Origin: a virus
Lineage: Duplodnaviria > Caudoviricetes
Reading direction: 5' to 3' (one strand)
DNA length: 64,000 nucleotides
IMG/VR virus record: IMGVR_UViG_3300032303_002590
This document shows positions 63,542 to 64,000 of this stretch, piece by piece. The translations under genes were made by a program, and so were the position numbers. The notes below the pieces were generated by a model that made no database searches, was not told the origin of the DNA, and saw only the letters and a program-made list of their open reading frames with translations. Every line of letters starts with the position of its first letter. Positions within the stretch are counted from its first letter, which is position 1.

Positions 63542-64000
63542 ATGAGTTTTTCATACAAAACATTAAATTCAAATGATATAGCACTAACCTCCTATATTGC
63601 TAATAAGCAATGGGAGGTTACTGATGCTACTCTATCTCAAAATGGTGTTGCGATTTATATAGGTGAAAATTTACCTATTAATAAAGCTAACCCATTTGAT
63701 CCAATAAATGACTCTCAAACTGAAAATGAAGAATATAGAAGATTAGTATTTGACTCTATAAAAAATCTTTATTACCAAAACTATGTTTCTGGAACACTAT
63801 CAGGACAATTTTTTCAATCATCTTCATTTTTTAATTACGAGCAATCTACATTAGTATCAGGTACTATTAGGAATTTACCTACAATTACAGGTAGTTCAGC
63901 TATAGCTAATAATCCAACACTATATGGTTCTAGTTTATATGATATTTCTTCTAGTTTATATGATACAACAGGATATGACCCTGATAAAGGGAGTAAAATA
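63542..64000 (+). CDS. structural protein, 3' truncated by window edge
   Basis: MSFSYKTLNSNDI; frame appears open to window end. Confidence 0.65.
   Translation, partial: MSFSYKTLNSNDIALTSYIANKQWEVTDATLSQNGVAIYIGENLPINKANPFDPINDSQTENEEYRRLVFDSIKNLYYQNYVSGTLSGQFFQSSSFFNYEQSTLVSGTIRNLPTITGSSAIANNPTLYGSSLYDISSSLYDTTGYDPDKGSKI

Noticed and set aside
1-64000. Stop-codon recoding as seen in some large Bacteroidota phages
   Set aside because: Long genes are intact in the standard code, and TAA, TAG and TGA all end genes at operon junctions

Overview
A 64-kb, very AT-rich segment of a large T4-like (myovirus-type) phage genome. The host is probably Bacteroidota (Flavobacterium-like), inferred from TTG..TAnnTTT-type promoters, SD-less A-rich leaders and DUF4494/DUF932 genes. 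All credible genes are on the + strand and use the standard code. Layout: (1) 0-13.9 kb: 7-deazaguanine genes (queE, folE), a PRTase, a MazG-like pyrophosphatase, a family-B DNA polymerase split into two genes by an intervening ORF, clamp and clamp loader, Hsp20/GroES/GroEL, and Cas4-like and GIY-YIG nucleases. (2) 13.9-26.6 kb: a 16-gene glycosyltransferase and sugar-biosynthesis cluster. (3) 26.6-47 kb: an accessory/early region built as an array of small-ORF cassettes behind copies of the promoter core TTCGTATATT(T/A)A (28 copies counted in the window). It contains an ArfA-like ORF with an internal terminator, a tRNA-like RNA with an aberrant anticodon arm, an AT-hook repeat protein, acidic DNA-mimic candidates and two structured non-coding blocks that may mark a terminus or origin. 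(4) 47-64 kb: an HD nuclease, a gp55-like late sigma factor and baseplate/tail genes preceded by an ATATTTATA late motif and enriched in an [ST][GA]S motif that may be a glycosylation sequon. All calls come from reading motifs by eye; no database searches were run.
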